A stretch of DNA of 64,000 nt from Flaccisagitta enflata (lineage: Eukaryota): NCBI GenBank assembly GCA_965153355.1, contig OZ231126.1:25110001-25174000 (forward strand), read 5' to 3'. Numbering within the stretch: the first letter of the stretch is position 1; every line of letters begins with the position of its first letter. This document shows, piece after piece, positions 12,962 to 24,713 of the stretch. Below the pieces are notes generated by a model, which worked only from the letters and a program-made list of their open reading frames with translations, was not told the DNA's origin and ran no database searches. The position numbers were made by a program, and so were the translations under genes.

Positions 12962-13168
12962 GTTACAGCCTCCTGGAGAAATAAAACAAGGCCGGATACA
13001 CGGCAATCCAGTCGCGGATGGTTGGGCAGGAGCAGTAATGCAAAAAACTCTTGGAATTGAAAAATGTGATGGACAGACCAACAGACGGATGGACGGACCA
13101 ACTGACCAACACGGCATGGTGTAGGTGTAGTCGCATGTAAAGCTACACTCTGTCAAGCAAATATGGCA

Positions 13169-13221
<53 letters not shown>

Positions 13222-13342
13222 CTTCTCCATGAAATGTGTCTATTGTTTCTCCGACTGTGCTCCAATAAGCGGGCCAACTGTCTCGCTCAATTCCGAGTGC
13301 CCTCGAATCACTCGCCGCATGAACACACCTTGAAAATTATCG

Positions 13343-13442
<100 letters not shown>

Positions 13443-13443
13443 A

Positions 13444-13689
13444 CTGCGCGAATCAATAAAAAAACCATTTTCAGTTCTGCAATCCCATTGAAAAATGAGC
13501 ATTTTCAAAATATAGGAGTTCACTTGGACAAGCTCTAAATTCTAAATGGTTTGAGATACAGACCTGGGATTGGAATACAAAGAACGAAAATTGAAAAGTT
13601 TTCAAAATCATTTCAACAAAAAAGTTTGAATGTTTTCTTTCCTTTTTTATCAATTAGTAAAATGGTACGACCTTTTTCTATTCGCGTAG
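13444..13689. mobile_element. Degenerate TA-flanked MITE, related to 49636-50028
   Basis: Imperfect TIR; shares internal gtttgagatacag.cctgggattgg with the copy near 49900. Confidence 0.5.
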
Positions 13690-13939
13690 TATAATGCGCT
13701 TTGTCAGTCAAAATCATCTAAAAATTTCCAAAACGGCGCGCTGGATATTAACACTCAACAAAACACAAGCAATTTACAGATGCGGTACTCTCCATCCGGT
13801 GGGTTTGTGTTAGTGCAAAAAACTGAATGCGGATATGCGTTTGTGAGAACAACAATAGTAAGTGTCAAGTTTTACAAACGCGTCTCAATAAACCATTTCC
13901 TCAGACTTGAAATCACGTGTGAAACCTAAACCCATCGCA

Positions 13940-14042
<103 letters not shown>

Positions 14043-14258
14043 GCTCAAAAACTAACCGATCGGATCGGGGGGGCTCCTCCCTAACAAATAATTTGGTACG
14101 GGGAACCTACCCCATCAAAACGACTACCCACTCCCCTATTCTTTGGTTGACCAGTGTTAATTTGAGTAAGGCCAAATATACGGCTATCTGAGTTGCGTAC
14201 GATTGGGCAGGCACAGTGAGAAATAAGGCTACCTACGCATTTTGGCAGACGTGTTGAT

Positions 14259-15326
14259 CACAGCCGCCCAGAGTGTGACACTAGTTGACCTAAAATGATC
14301 AGCACCAACTCAAATGGTTTGAGGACCCTGATGGTGCACATAAGACACATCTAAGAAAACTGAAATCTGTTTTGGGGCATTTTTTAAGATATTTAAAAAC
14401 ATAGTATTACTTTGCTACATTTTTTATCATAACTCTTTGTGATTGAGTTTTTCACTAATTTTGAGCGCAGATCTGATCTCTAATACACTTGTTTTATTTT
14501 ATAAGAGACCAGTTTATAAGAGACATGAGGCTGAGATTTGCCGAAATTTTAAGAACAAAATAAGAGAATGCCCAGGCTGAGATTCACTTTTGAAAATTTT
14601 TTAGAAAATTTTTTTTAGTCTCTAGATAAACCATATGACAAATTTTTCAGAAAAAGACTTTCTTTTTTGGTTTTGTTTGTCACATTGAACAAGATATTTC
14701 AAGTTTTATAGTAACCAACAAGTTTTCAATTGAAGATACATAGAACACTACAAAATAGTGTATCTATACATTGTTTTCCATATCAACTAAGTATTTATAC
14801 ATTATTTTCCATATTTCACGCGTCGAAAAAATAAGAACAATTTAAGAGAATTTGAGCCTCAAAACAGCAAAAAATTTAAGAACATCCAGGCTGAGTTCAA
14901 AAATCTTGTCTCTTATAAAAAAAAAAAGTGTAGTGGTTTCTGGTTTGTTTGATATGTCACACTATATGCTTTTGCAATAGGAATAAAAAGTTAATTTGTC
15001 AATTCAACATCATTTTATGAAGTAATACGATAAAGAAATAAATCTTTATCTAATTTGCCATAGTATATAGTGTGACATATCAAACAAACCGAAAACTATT
15101 ATTTGAGATCATATCTGCACTTTAATTTAATGAGAAAACGAATCACAAAGAGTTATGGTAAAAAATGTAGTAAAATAGTACTTTTTTTTTGAATAACTTA
15201 AAAATCGCCCCTAAAAGGATTTCATTTTTCTCAGATGTGTGTTCTCTGCTCAATCAGGGTCAAGAAACCACTTAAGTTGGTGCCGAACATTTCAGGTCAA
15301 CTAGTGTCATGCTCTGGGGGGCTGTG
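14259..15326. mobile_element. Foldback element with CAC...GTG ends and 4-bp TSD (Chapaev-like)
   Basis: TGAT|CACAGCCGCCCAGAG...CTCTGGGGGGCTGTG|TGAT; long diverged inverted arms. Confidence 0.8.
14486..14930. mobile_element. TA-flanked MITE nested in the left arm of the Chapaev-like element
   Basis: TA|CACTT..TTTTATAAGAGAC / GTCTCTTATAAAA..AAGTG|TA; removing it restores symmetry with the host's right arm. Confidence 0.8.
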
Positions 15327-15678
15327 TGATATAAATGATGCCATTTCATGACCATCATGACCACTCTGGAATTTGTCTCCGTTCGGGACTGCGAACATTA
15401 AAAAAGCTTTGATGGACCAATAAAGGTAGATACCAATAATTAGTCCATTGGACCAACCGATGAACCAACACATAAGTTAGGGTAACGAATGTGGAACCAA
15501 GTGTACGCGACTAACAGGTAACATTATTTTGATCCAAATTTTCATGGTAAATGCTATGAAAACAGGGCAATTTTGTACTGAATGTTTTAATCTTACACAA
15601 AATGGTGCTGATCAAAAAGAACTAACTCACTTACCCCAGGGGTGTTCTCAGTGGCTCCCAAAACAGCCTGAAATTACT

Positions 15679-17247
15679 AGTCGCGTGCTACGCGACTCTA
15701 TGACCCGCTATGTCGGTGGGTCGTTCGGTCGGTCGGTTGGTCTGTCAGTGGCCGTTAGCTTTTTTTGGTGTTTATGGGCGGAATTTGCGGGCGGTTTTTG
15801 GGCAGCGGCCCCGAAGGGGACGAAGTCCTGTAGAACACAGGGGGACTTTCGTTCGTCCGTTCGTTCGTTCGTTAGTTCGTTCGTCCGTTTGTTCGTCCCC
15901 CCCATCAGGCTCCTCAGGCCTCAAATCTAGCCTCTGAGACCTCAAATCTGGCCTCTCAGACCCCAAATCAGGCCTCTCAGGCCTCAAATCCGGCCTCACA
16001 GGCCTCAAATCAAGCCTCTCAGGCCCAAAATCAAGCCTCTCAGGCCTCAAAACCGGCCTCTCAGGCCTCAAACCTGGCCTCTCAGGCCTCAAATTAAGCT
16101 TCTTAGGCCTCAAATTCAAATCCTCAGGCCTCAAACCTGGCCTCTCAGGCCTCAAACTAGGCCTCTCAGGCCTCAAATCAGCTATCTAAGCCTCAATTTA
16201 TTGCTCTCAGGCTTCAAATCAGTCCTCTGACCTTTCAAGCCTTAATCCAGCTCTCTTAAGCCTCAAGTCAGCCCTCCCATCTTCCAATTAGCAGCAGCCT
16301 TCTTAGACCTCAGTTTAGGCTCCAGAAGGCCTTCAGTCAGCCCTCGATTGCATCTCATCCACTTCTGCAGGCAGGACGAACGAAAGTCCCCCTGTGTTCT
16401 ACAGGACTTCGTCCCCTTCGGGGCCGCTGCCCTGCTTCCCCTCACTCCAATTCAGAATCACTCAAAGCAGGGCAACGGGTATCGCTGACCACATATTGCC
16501 CTTGGGCGACCTGTTGCGTTGCTGCTCCTGCCCAATCAAGTGAATGGCCTTTTTGGGCAGCGGCCCCGAAGGGGACGAAGTCCTGTAGAACACAGGGGGA
16601 CTTCCGTTCGTCCGTGCGTCCCCCCCCTCATCAGGCCCCTCAGGCCTCAAATCTGGCCTTTGAGGCATCAAATCCAGCCTCTCAGGCCTCAAATCCAGCC
16701 TCTCAGGCCTCAAATCCAGCCTCTCAGGCCTCAAACCTGGCTTCTCTGGCCTCAAATTAGGCTTCTCAGGCCTCAAATCCAAATTCTCAGGCTTCAAACC
16801 TGGCCTCTCAGGCCTAAAATCTGGCCTCTCAGGCCTAAAATTAGGCCTCTCAGGCCTCAAATCAGCTATCTTAGCCTCAATATATTGCTCTCAGGCTTCA
16901 AATCAGTCCTCTGACCTTCCAAGCCTTAATCCAGCCCTCTCAGCCCTCTTAAGCTTCAGATTGGCAATATTAGGCCTTACATCAGCCTTTTCAGACCTCA
17001 ATCTAGGCTCTTGAAGGCCTCATAGCATCTCATCCACTTCTTCAGGCAGGACGAATGAAAGTCCCCCTGTGTTCTACAGGACTTCGTCCCCTTCGGGGCC
17101 GCTGCCCTGCTTCCCCTCACTCCAATTAACAATCACTCAAAGCAGGGCAACGGGTATCGCTGACCACATATTGCCCTTGGGCGACCTGTTTATCACTGCT
17201 CCTGCCCACCCGCACGCGACTTCGGTAGCCGTGTATACGGCCTTGTT
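15679..17247 (+). mobile_element. Family B HINE-like element carrying two nested family A copies (15800-16515, 16555-17190)
   Basis: B 5' end agtcgcgtgctacgcgact at 15679; B 3' end gcacgcgact..gccgtgtatacggccttgtt at about 17210-17247; two complete A copies with ctctcaggcctcaaa 21-bp arrays lie between them. Confidence 0.8.
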
Positions 17248-18979
17248 CTAAACCACTACACTCGACCAACTCCCTGCATTAAAATGTCATACCAACTCCC
17301 CGGCCAGTTTTCAAACCATTCCCCCTCCCCTCTACCCTCCAGTCAAATTCAAATCAATTCCCCAGACAATTTCACTCGACTCTTCGCTGGTTAACCGATG
17401 ATATGATCATCTTTGTGATCAAAACTAACAACCTCATCAAAAAGTCCTTTGAATTCGCTACGATCTGATTTTGTTTTGACACGAAATCATCTCATTGACT
17501 AATCATTAAGTATGAAACAAGTACTCGTACACTCGACGGTTGTGACCGATTGGACAAACAAGTTTCACATTGTTGACTCCAGCTTTAGAAACTGTCTAAA
17601 TGGCGCCTTTACTGTGTGACAAAATTTGAAACTGCCAAAAAAACCGAGGATTCGAAGAAACTAGTTATACCAGAATGCAGATTTTAGGATCACTGCTCTA
17701 GTTTCACCGATAAGAACGTTCAGCATAGATTTGCCTCAAAACCTTTATTAAGAAAATACTGCCTCAGCTCTCTCCAAAAGTTTTGTTTCATCTGGTCATA
17801 AAAATATCTCAGCTGAAAACGGCTAAGATGCCGAGCATATCTTGTTCTATTCAGTCTTAACTCTCAATCATTAAGGCAAGGCTGTACACACGTAGTTCGG
17901 GCATGTTATTCAAGATCAATATTCGAGGAGAGCTAATCGAGGATGTAAAGATCCAATCTCTTTCAGAAAATTTAGATAGCTCCTCCCATCCCAATCCTGT
18001 CATTCTTTTCACCGATGCAGTGGGCCCATTCTTCTTACCAACAGACAGATGGACCGCTCGGTAGCGATACAAGGTCGCTTAAAAACGATAGACGCAAAAA
18101 AAAAAGATAAAGATAACGCAATAAATCAATCTTCTCATTCCTCATAGTTGAGAAAAAAAGGCAAAAAAGTCCAGACGAAAAAAAACATCACGAGTCAAAC
18201 AACCACGAAGAAAAATTACCCTGAGAGATATCAAGTGCCTGCAGTATCCGTTGCTGTACACTTTCTATTTGGTTCATGATTAGAAATGAAGATTAAAAAC
18301 AAAAACACAAATTGTTGTATGAATCTCTGTTTTGGTTGCTTCGTCAATCAATCTGTTTTTTTTTTCCTTTTTTTTCCTTTTTTTTTTTTGTGTCTAAAGG
18401 ATATATAACCCGCAATTTTTTATCTGCGTGACGACCCCTCATAAGGCTCGGGAACATAGTCTTATGTTATGAGGTGTTCACAGATAACTCATGAATTTGT
18501 TGTTTTGTTTATGGTATTACTTGTTCATGTTTCTCAAAATCATTACTGAGTAACTTTATAGATCTAGTCTCCACATTCAACTCTTTACGCAACAGATGTG
18601 GTTTTTAATCAAAATAAATAGCATCATTAGGGAGGTTTGATCATTGATCCAGACAGGCCGCTGTTCCTCCCCCCCTCCCCCCCCCCCGAAAAAAAAAAGA
18701 ATTAAAAAGAAGTCCCAAACATGATTGCGAGAATCCATCGCTGCATGGGGTGGTGTTTTTTTCTTTTTTGTTTAACAAAACGTCAAATAAAACGAAACAA
18801 TTTCGAATTGTGCATTTGATCTTTAAATGACCATTTCTGATTCAAGCCTACAACCGAACAAAACAAAAAACCAAACGACACTTTATACTTCAAGTAATAG
18901 TAACTATTTAATGAAATAAACAAAGGCGAATACATAACTATCAGACAATTAATTATTTAGCGACCCATCCAATTTGACA

Positions 18980-19177
18980 ATGAAACTGGGAAATAATCGT
19001 CGGACTATCGTTGTGACGATGTCGTTAATGTTAGTAGCTGGTGGCGTGGCCTTTTTGGCCCTCGGTGCCTCTGCCCACAGAGAAGGTGCCTTCTTAGCCA
19101 ATCTTAAAGATCTCATCAACGGCATCAGTGGAGGAAATGAACAATTATCCAATCTAGATACTTATATTGAAAGCGAG
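18980..19177 (+). CDS. Tetraspanin-like gene, exon 1 (TM1 + small extracellular loop)
   Basis: ATG at 18980; hydrophobic TIVVTMSLMLVAGGVAFLALGASA; consensus donor gag|GTGAGT at 19178 (phase 0). Confidence 0.85.
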
Positions 19178-20070
19178 GTGAGTAATGGATTATCGGAAAT
19201 ACACCTATGGTCCATAATTCGAGTTGTAAGGCTTTCATGGACTCATGGACTCTTATAAGTCTAAATGTTGTCTCTCTTTCTGCCTGGCATGCTAAGTCAA
19301 TACAGTTGAATCCCGCTCTAACAGACCCGCCAACAAAAGAATTCCGCCTATAACAGATACAAGATCATGGTCAGCTTTTTTTTCATTTCCTTTATTTGCA
19401 ATAACGGATTTCTGGATTTCACAGAAAGCAAGGGCGGATAGTGGATACACAGCTACCAAAATCGCAAGCGGGTGGGTAGGCAGTGATGAAAAGGTTAACC
19501 CAAGCTGTTGTGCAGGAGTATTAATACAAAAAGCACTCAAAATGGCAAAAAAGCTAACGGTGACCAATAGACAGACAATTTGACATAGCGAGTTATACAG
19601 TTGCCTGCACGCAATGAAAAATTGATGGGCCCAAAAAATTCGTAAGAGGGATTCAACTGTATTTCTTTTTTTAAAGCAAGATGTTGCCAATGCTACAATG
19701 CTGCTTTCGATTTCATTTGATTCAGACGATTTCCACAATAACGCGGGTCGGCTGATGTTGGAGTGCCTGAATATGTAAATCATTTAATAAATGAAATTCA
19801 TATGATTTAGATACCCTTTACAGATGAGATAACAACCAGATTACGTTCTAAATGAAAAAAAAAAATAATCAATGAAATTAGCTGTATAACATTTTTTGGC
19901 ACAATTCTAATCACAGTAATTTCTAATTTTATAGTATCAATACTGAAATCTGATCATTATTATTTTTGTTTACTAAATTTGATATCAGTTTATTGAAGTG
20001 CTCAAAGTTCAGGCAGCCCACGTTAACGTAGAATTCGCCTACAACGCGCATTTCCTTTCAACCCACTCAG

Positions 20071-20257
20071 CCGATCGTGTTCATCGTCGGTGGCACCATG
20101 CTCATCTTCTTGGGATTGTTTGGCATCGGCAGCACCATCTCCTACAATCCACTCCTTCGCAAATGTTACGTGTTTTTGCTGTTGATGGGATTTCTCATCG
20201 GTCTCATTGTGGTCATTCTCGCTATAAGTGGGCATTGGGGAGTCGATTTTAACGGCG
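20071..20257 (+). CDS. Tetraspanin-like gene, exon 2 (TM2, short inner loop, TM3)
   Basis: Acceptor ccactcAG; PIVFIVGGTMLIFLGLFGIG...NPLLRKCYVFLLLMGFLIGLIVVILAI matches the tetraspanin TM2-N..LL..Y-TM3 pattern; donor g|GTGAGT at 20258 (phase 1). Confidence 0.88.
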
Positions 20258-20370
20258 GTGAGTGGAAACGTGTGACTGTCGAGTAGATATGTGCTGTTGC
20301 CGTTGGTGGGCTGCCTCATCGGTCTCGTAGTAGTTAAAAATCCTAGTCATTGCTTGGTATTGGGGATTCG

Positions 20371-20519
<149 letters not shown>

Positions 20520-21183
20520 TGTGTGTGATCTACTGCGTCTGTCTGTCCGTCTCAGTTTCTGTCTTCAGTTTCCTTTTCTTAGGGCAACGTATCTGAGGGG
20601 ACAGATGACCACGCAGGGCGTGTTTTCCTCCAGTTTCCAGCACCCCCTCCCCCTCAGGGCTATTTCATACCTCAAAGCAGTTGAACGAGGCCTATCATGG
20701 GCCATGATTTATGGCCCTCTAGAGCCTAGCCATAGCCAGTTCGAGATCTGTAATAGCTATTTAAGGCCCATTATGAGCCAGATCAGCCCAGCCTCAAACC
20801 CAGACTCAAACCACCCGGCAACCAACCCAATAGGCTCAAACCGCCTTCCTTATCAGCCCAGCTAAAGAAAACTCCAATACCCAGCCTCTGACCACCCGGC
20901 AACCACCCCAAAAGGTTTATGCCGCTTTAGTCAGGCTGCTTTTGCCTGAGAATAGTATCAGGATATGAAATGAACCCCTCTAAGCCCTGAAATGCCATTT
21001 CAGACCGTGATTTGGTCCCCTTCAGACAAAAAATGGAGTAGTCATATGCCCCGGCGTTGCAGCTGCCCATCATTGATGTCTAATAGCATTGATAAAACGC
21101 CGAAGCACTACTGACAATCTAACACTTTTGCATCTACTTAAATCACGGACTTCAACCAATACCACCTTTCCTCCTTACCACAG

Positions 21184-21488
21184 AAGACAATTTGATCCGT
21201 GAGCGTTTCCGTTCTCACTGGCTTCGCCTTCCGCGTCCCAATCAAACCGAATTCGAAGCGCGTCTTTCTTGCTGCGACTTTGACAACGCGAGCCCTCGAC
21301 GAAGCACCGCAGTCTGGCTCGGAGGATGCAGAGGCGTCGTCAAAGGATGCTTCATCGAGTTGCTGTTGATAGAGACCGCTAAGATGCACGCTTCCGTTTT
21401 CATTTTGTCCGCGGCCACTTTTACGCTTTTGTTTTTCGCTGCTTTCAATCACATGATCGATCACGCCATCAAACGGGGACAAAATTAG
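21184..21488 (+). CDS. Tetraspanin-like gene, exon 3 (large extracellular loop with CC motif, TM4, short tail)
   Basis: Acceptor ttaccacAG, phase 1 compatible; W..L....FEARLSCCDF...GC...KGC, then hydrophobic ASVFILSAATFTLLFFAAF; stop TAG. The three exons total 690 nt, giving 229 aa. Confidence 0.88.
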
Positions 21489-21816
21489 ATTTTTGTTTAT
21501 TTTCGTTTATTCATGTTCTCTCTTATCTCTCTCCCGTGCTTGTTGAATACACATTGTTTTGATCTTGCGTCTTTGTTTTTGTTTCTTAATGCCTTTTGAT
21601 CTCCTACTGCTGTGTTATTCTGCCTCACATTCGTTGACTTGTGTCATTTCCAAATTTGTGATGATATGATTTTGTCTCCGCATTTCCTTTTTATCATCAC
21701 TCAATGAGCAATGGTCTCGGGCAATGTTCACAAGCGATTGTAACTTTAAGCACGCATAACAAACAAATAAGCTCAGGAACTGAACTGCTCCCTGAATTGA
21801 ATGTTAGCTGATGCTA

Positions 21817-22380
21817 CTATTTAGGAAAAAAGTATATCTACACCTTCTAAAAATTGTTACATAGATAAAAAAAACAAACAAATTAAACTTCATCAAAAGA
21901 TCTTCAATATGAGTTCAATCTGGTCGGTGTATCTTAAACAGTTTAGAAATTACAAGCAAAAATGTAAAAGATATTCATTTTCAAAATCAAGAAAATATAA
22001 AAGACAGCAGAATGCAAAAATTATAAATAACTTTAAATCAACATATCTCCACTTCTAGAGCAGCTAGTACAATGTTCTAAAAAACAATTGTTTATGTCAA
22101 AAAATCTAGAAAATGAACTCATCCTAGTTTCTTTGGTTTCATATGTTTGGAAATGGAAGATATGAATAGAAAATTATAAATTTGCCTATGAGTGATAACA
22201 CCATATCCTCTATAATAAGTTAGAATGGCTTTAGATATTGCTTCCAAAACTTTTATAAGATTTTTTTGTTAAATAACAAGTTATTTTATATATCAACACT
22301 TTTTGTATAATGATTAAATGAATATTAGGTCACTAAATCATATTGTATCCCAGGTGTAGATTTACTTTTTTACTAGGTAG
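21817..22380. mobile_element. TA-flanked MITE downstream of the tetraspanin
   Basis: Imperfect ~28-bp TIR (ctatttaggaaaaaagtatatctacacc / ggtgtagatttacttttttactaggtag), TA on both sides. Confidence 0.65.
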
Positions 22381-23099
22381 TAAGCTTGGATTTGGAATAA
22401 AAAGTTTTAAGTTGCGTGCAACACATCTCTATAAACCAACTTTCGGTTGGTGTGTCGATCGATTGGATGGTCAATCAGTCTGTGGGCATTTTTGACATTT
22501 TCTCCAACTGCTCCTGTCCACTCACTCAAGAGCCCCTGTCCATCCGCAGGCGACTGAGATTGCCATACCCCCGGCCTTGTTTTTCGAAGTTTTATTGAGG
22601 ATTGTTAAACATTAAAATCAATCCGATTAAAAGTATTATGCATATTTTGTTTTTAGTCGTGTGCACCCTTGCCATACATATCGAGAACGATCTCTTTGGA
22701 GTCTCTTTGGATCTCTTCACGTCTTTGATGATATGTCGATAAAAACTCGGAGGTAGATAGCACAAACATTTAGATTTAACGCAATTAATGCAATGGCAGT
22801 TCAGCATTATGCGGGCAGCGTGAGATAAAAGGTGACCCACGTTTTACCGTCACAAATCTAGTATTCATAGGAAGGAGAAGGACAGAGCAAAGAAGACGGT
22901 CAGGTAAAACAGCTAATTTATACATCTGGTATCTACACATGATGATTGAACTTATAACAATATGACCACGATTGAGTTTACCTTTTGTCTGAAGTTAGTG
23001 GAAATGTCCAATCTACACCCAGGGGGCGCGCGGCCAACTTGAGTCTTTTGTTTTTCAAGGAAATAGAAATCCTACAGTCATAAAGAAGTGAGCACCACT

Positions 23100-24172
23100 T
23101 GACAAGTAACGCGGGTTCAAAATTTCGTTGCGGACAGGTGGGCAGGGGCGTCCAGACCCTCTCCACACCCCATGTTCCCCTCCCATCTCACACATATACA
23201 CAACAAGTCATCCAAGGATCGCTCATGGTCAGCGGTACCCGATGCCCTGCTTGGAGTGATGAGCTGAAGCAGTGGAGTGGGAGCAGGGCAGCGGCCCCTA
23301 AAAGCCGATGTCCTGTGGGACACAGGGGTGAATTTTCATACGTTCTGAGAGGGCATATTTGAGGCCTTTGGGGCAATTTTCCATGATATTCAATGGGAGT
23401 TTTGCATCTTTTCCATTTTATCATCAGTTTTCTTTATTATTCAATGAGAATTTCACATTTTTCTTATTTTTTGGTCAATTTTGTTATTGTTATTCATTGG
23501 GAAATTTGCATTTTGTTAATTTTTCATGTTATTCAAAGGGAATTTGAAGAGTGATAGCTTCAGGACGAACGTACAGACGGACGTACGGAAATTCACCCCT
23601 GTATCCTACCGGACATCAGCCCTTTGGGGCCGCTGCGGCGCTGCCCAAAAAGCATCTACAATGCTCGTTTTTGGGCAGTGGCCCCAAATGGTCAATGTCC
23701 TGTAGGACACAGGGGTGAATTTCCATACGTCCGTCCTTCCGTCCTTCCGTCCTTCCATCCCCCCCCCCCCCCAGCTTCTTAAGCCTCAATTCCTATTGAA
23801 TAACATGGGAAATTTTTAAAATGCAAACTTCCCATTGAATAGCATTGGAAATTGATGGAAAAAGAAAAAAAATGTAAATATCCCATTGAATGACATGGCA
23901 ATTTGATGGCAAATTGAAAAAAAATATGGAAATTCACCCCTGTGTCCTACAGGACATCGACCCTTTGGGGCCGCTGCCCTGCTCTCACTCCACTTCTTCA
24001 GCTATCACTCCAAGCAGGGCATCGAGTACCGCTGACCATGTGCAATCCTTGAATGACTTGTTACACTTTTCGACTGGTGCTCTTGGACCGATGGATGGAC
24101 CAATGGACGGACATACAGACTGATGGACGGACGGACAGACAAAGCCTCTCATAAAGTTGTGTGTTCACAACT
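23100..24172 (-). mobile_element. Family C HINE-like element with two nested family A copies (23202-23646 minus; 23673-24061 plus)
   Basis: Ends match the family C copies at 40158 and 50728 in reverse; the A-type inverted repeats enclose AT-rich cccattgaa-type cores. Confidence 0.7.
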
Positions 24173-24713
24173 TAACACGTTTAACATATCGGCCAACATG
24201 AGAGTATATTGCAGCGTTATAAAGACGTAAAATCCTTGAACTGAAGTTTGTATCGCAAGAGTGAGCCTTAGACCAACATCAAGTATAACGTGTTTCGAGC
24301 ATCAAAACCTGCGTGTTTACAATGCACTAAGGATGGGATGATTGGCCATTTTGGCCTGGAAAATTCTGCTAGATGGTGATTTGGGGCGGTGTGATAAGGG
24401 AATAGGGTGTCTGGGAGGTCATTTTGGCTGGGAAAGTCTCGCTGGGTGGTGGTTTCAGGCCAGTGTAAACCACCATTCCCGCCACCTTCACCATCACCAT
24501 AAATGCCTCTACCTCCTCCACCAATTCAAGCATCACTCCCTCTCTTCTTAATTAACGCGATCAACCATTTCTACCACACACTACGCTTTATCTCCTACTC
24601 CTCTGATTCCAGCACCACTACTTCTAAATACAAACAACCATTCTAAGTTTTCTATCATGAATCGCGCTCAACCACCGTCCTCAGTCACAAATTCCTCCCA
24701 CACTGCCTAACTA

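Noticed and set aside
14259-14275. CACAG terminus as a RAG/Transib recombination-signal-like end
   Set aside because: The heptamer is CACAGCC, no nonamer is evident, and the TSD is 4 bp rather than 5 bp.
15772-16860. RPERPDL-repeat ORFs
   Set aside because: These are translations of the 21-bp HINE core arrays.
17860-18075. Unique sequence with short open frames upstream of the tetraspanin
   Set aside because: No recognisable motif or consistent splice boundaries; cannot be supported as coding.
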